DNA of 64,000 nt from an uncultured candidate division Zixibacteria bacterium (GTDB lineage Bacteria; Zixibacteria; MSB-5A5; GN15; FEB-12): NCBI GenBank assembly GCA_963735035.1, contig CAVTJJ010000004.1, positions 64,001 through 128,000 on the forward strand, read 5' to 3'. Position 1 is the stretch's first letter. Each line of letters starts with the position of its first letter. This document shows, in pieces, positions 61,934 to 64,000 of this stretch. The translations under genes and the position numbers were made by a program. The notes under the pieces are model-generated. The model saw nothing but the letters and a program-made list of their open reading frames with translations, ran no database searches and was not told where the DNA came from.

Positions 61934-62833
61934 ATGGCCACTGATTACAGACAATACCTCCAGCCCGACACCGTCTCCAAACTCAAGGGGATGGAGCTCA
62001 AAGCCCGCATGGTGGTCGAGGGATTCATAGCAGGTCTGCACAAGTCGCCGTATCACGGCTTCTCGGTCGAGTTCGCCGAACACCGTCAGTACATGCCGGG
62101 CGACAACATCCATGACATCGACTGGAAAGTGTACGCCAAGACCGACCGGTATTACATCAAACAGTACGAAGAAGAAACGAACCTCAAGGCCTACCTGCTG
62201 CTCGACTGCTCGGCGTCGATGCGCTATCACTCCGGCAGCCAGGTCAGCAAGTTCGACTACGCCGGGATGTTGTGCGGCGCGCTCAGCTATATGATGCTGC
62301 GTCAGCGCGACGCGGTTGGAGTCGTGACGTTCGACCGGAAGATACGACGTTACGTCCCACCCCGCTCGAAGCAGGGCCATCTTCATGATCTGCTGATCGA
62401 GATCGCCAACCAGCAGCCGTCGGACGAGACCGATATCGCGGTTGCCTTGCACGAAATGGCCGAGCGGATCAAACGTCGCGGACTCGTGATCATTATGTCT
62501 GATCTGTTGGACGACGCCGATAAGATTATCTCGGGTCTGAAACATTTCCGTCACCAGGGTCACGAAGTGATCGTCTTTCACATTCTCGATCCGCGCGAGC
62601 GCGATTTCAATTTTGGTGGTGAGGCGATGTTCAAGGATATGGAGACGGGGGAGGAGATGTCGACGTCGCCGTATCAGATGAAGCAGGCGTATGCGAAGGC
62701 GGTGACGGAGTTCGCGGAGACGATTGGTTCGGCATGTCGGCAGTCGAACATCGATTTTCATCCGATCGACACGGCGATGCCGTTCGACCAGGCGCTGTAC
62801 GCCTTCCTGGCGAAGCGCGAGCGGTTGTACTGA
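61934..62833 (+). CDS. DUF58 (vWA-like) protein
   Basis: GLHKSP..GFSVEFAEHRQY.PGD, IDWK, EEETN, LLDCSASM, SD. Confidence 0.93.
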   Translation: MATDYRQYLQPDTVSKLKGMELKARMVVEGFIAGLHKSPYHGFSVEFAEHRQYMPGDNIHDIDWKVYAKTDRYYIKQYEEETNLKAYLLLDCSASMRYHSGSQVSKFDYAGMLCGALSYMMLRQRDAVGVVTFDRKIRRYVPPRSKQGHLHDLLIEIANQQPSDETDIAVALHEMAERIKRRGLVIIMSDLLDDADKIISGLKHFRHQGHEVIVFHILDPRERDFNFGGEAMFKDMETGEEMSTSPYQMKQAYAKAVTEFAETIGSACRQSNIDFHPIDTAMPFDQALYAFLAKRERLY

Positions 62834-62854
62834 GGCGGTATATACGCCGTCAGG

Positions 62855-63940
62855 TCACAGAAGCGAACAGAGCTTGACGAACAGATAGATCGGTGCGAAA
62901 AGCCCGGCGCTGAGTGTATTCTGCAGCACTGTTCGCCGATTGATGTAAACCATCGGCGAGCCTGGCGACGTCATTCCCTCGAAATGCATACTAATCCTGA
63001 ATTCGCGAATGTCGTCACCACTGCTAAAGGAGTACATTGTACCGAGTTTTGTTCTTGAACTGGACAGGAAGGTAAATAACGCTTCACCCTTATGGAACCC
63101 ACCAAGGTATGTGTTGTAAGTATAGGTAAAGCGCTCGTACTTCGTCTCCATCACCAATCCTGCGCTAACACCTCGGGTGCTGGTCGTCACCGTGTCCGGC
63201 CCCCGTGACGTCCTCACTCCGTGAAGGACAGCCGCAACAAAGGGTGAAGGCCACATCCGATCCCTCCCGCCGTATTGATATCGTCCACCTACGGACAACT
63301 CCATCACGGTTCGGTCATGGAATTCGCCGTGTCCGGTTCTTATCGCTCCAATTAGTGTGCCGGTGAACTTGTCTCCATAGGAGAGCCCCCCAAAGGCGAG
63401 GTCCACACCGTCTAGATTATGGGACACGAAATCCTGGTTCCGGGCGCGGAGTCGATTCCAATTGGCATAACCGAACTCGAACAGCAGGCCGTATCCGTTG
63501 GGGGTCTTCAGCGGATATTGGAGCGAGTACGGGCGGCTCCTGTTGCTCCAGTGCCCTCTCGACGTATATACATTGACCCAGTACTGGGAAAGACTACTGT
63601 CTGCATTGATGTATGCGAGCCTGCCCTTAAGATAAGGTGAGTCGTTGGACGTGTCAGACTTCCGCGCGGGATATTGATCGGCCACGATTTTCTGACTACT
63701 GAACAACAGGGAGTCGACACCCAAGATGTCTTCGCCATGTCCCAAGGCGATGGATAGGGAGTCGACAGTCGCCCCCCTTCCGTTCGCAACCAGTTCATAT
63801 TCCACCATGAGTGTGTCAGCGTCTCGGTGCGACCTCATCTCCCCGTACACAATCGGCGGCGGTGGTTGGCAACCTACTACACCTGTGACTACAAGGAGAC
63901 AGACAATGAACAGGTGTATCTTATTCGAGGACAATCGCAT
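62855..63940 (-). CDS. Hypothetical lipoprotein
   Basis: Lipobox-like VVGC after a hydrophobic stretch; long ORF. Confidence 0.6.
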   Translation of the reverse strand: MRLSSNKIHLFIVCLLVVTGVVGCQPPPPIVYGEMRSHRDADTLMVEYELVANGRGATVDSLSIALGHGEDILGVDSLLFSSQKIVADQYPARKSDTSNDSPYLKGRLAYINADSSLSQYWVNVYTSRGHWSNRSRPYSLQYPLKTPNGYGLLFEFGYANWNRLRARNQDFVSHNLDGVDLAFGGLSYGDKFTGTLIGAIRTGHGEFHDRTVMELSVGGRYQYGGRDRMWPSPFVAAVLHGVRTSRGPDTVTTSTRGVSAGLVMETKYERFTYTYNTYLGGFHKGEALFTFLSSSRTKLGTMYSFSSGDDIREFRISMHFEGMTSPGSPMVYINRRTVLQNTLSAGLFAPIYLFVKLCSLL

Positions 63941-64000
63941 TACCGTCCCTTCATCATACAACCCCCCCCTACTTCACCAGCATCGCACTGACGGTCTTTG

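Overview
A 64-kb piece of a GC-rich bacterial chromosome close to the replication origin. Cys-rich dockerin-like C-termini on secreted proteins suggest a Zixibacteria-like FCB lineage (inference). Housekeeping genes: ileS (type 2, GIHH motif), pepF, punA, divIVA-like, yggS, alr, rex, uvrA, hflX, murJ, the block rpmH-rnpA-yidD-yidC-mnmE-mnmG-rsmG-parA-parB-M23-bactofilin, and moxR...iaaA-DUF58. There are two parS palindromes and a DnaA-box cluster (oriC candidate, 57.46-57.70 kb) but no dnaA. Accessory content: an IS30 whose stop-less transposase reads in frame into ileS, an ECF sigma/zinc-finger anti-sigma-TPR pair divergent from two beta-propeller/dockerin genes, a BglII-like nuclease + MT-A70 methylase pair, a DNA methylase-SNase fusion and a catalytically degenerate M1 peptidase. 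Intergenic DNA carries at least seven families of REP/REPIN-like palindromes. These nest inside each other, form tandem arrays and bracket single accessory genes, including an inverted GTAG...CTAC pair around a whole SIMPL gene. An unassigned structured RNA candidate with its own promoter lies at 26.30-26.46 kb. Several homopolymer frameshifts (ileS, mnmE, rsmG) point to assembly indels. All calls come from reading the sequence by eye; no searches were run.
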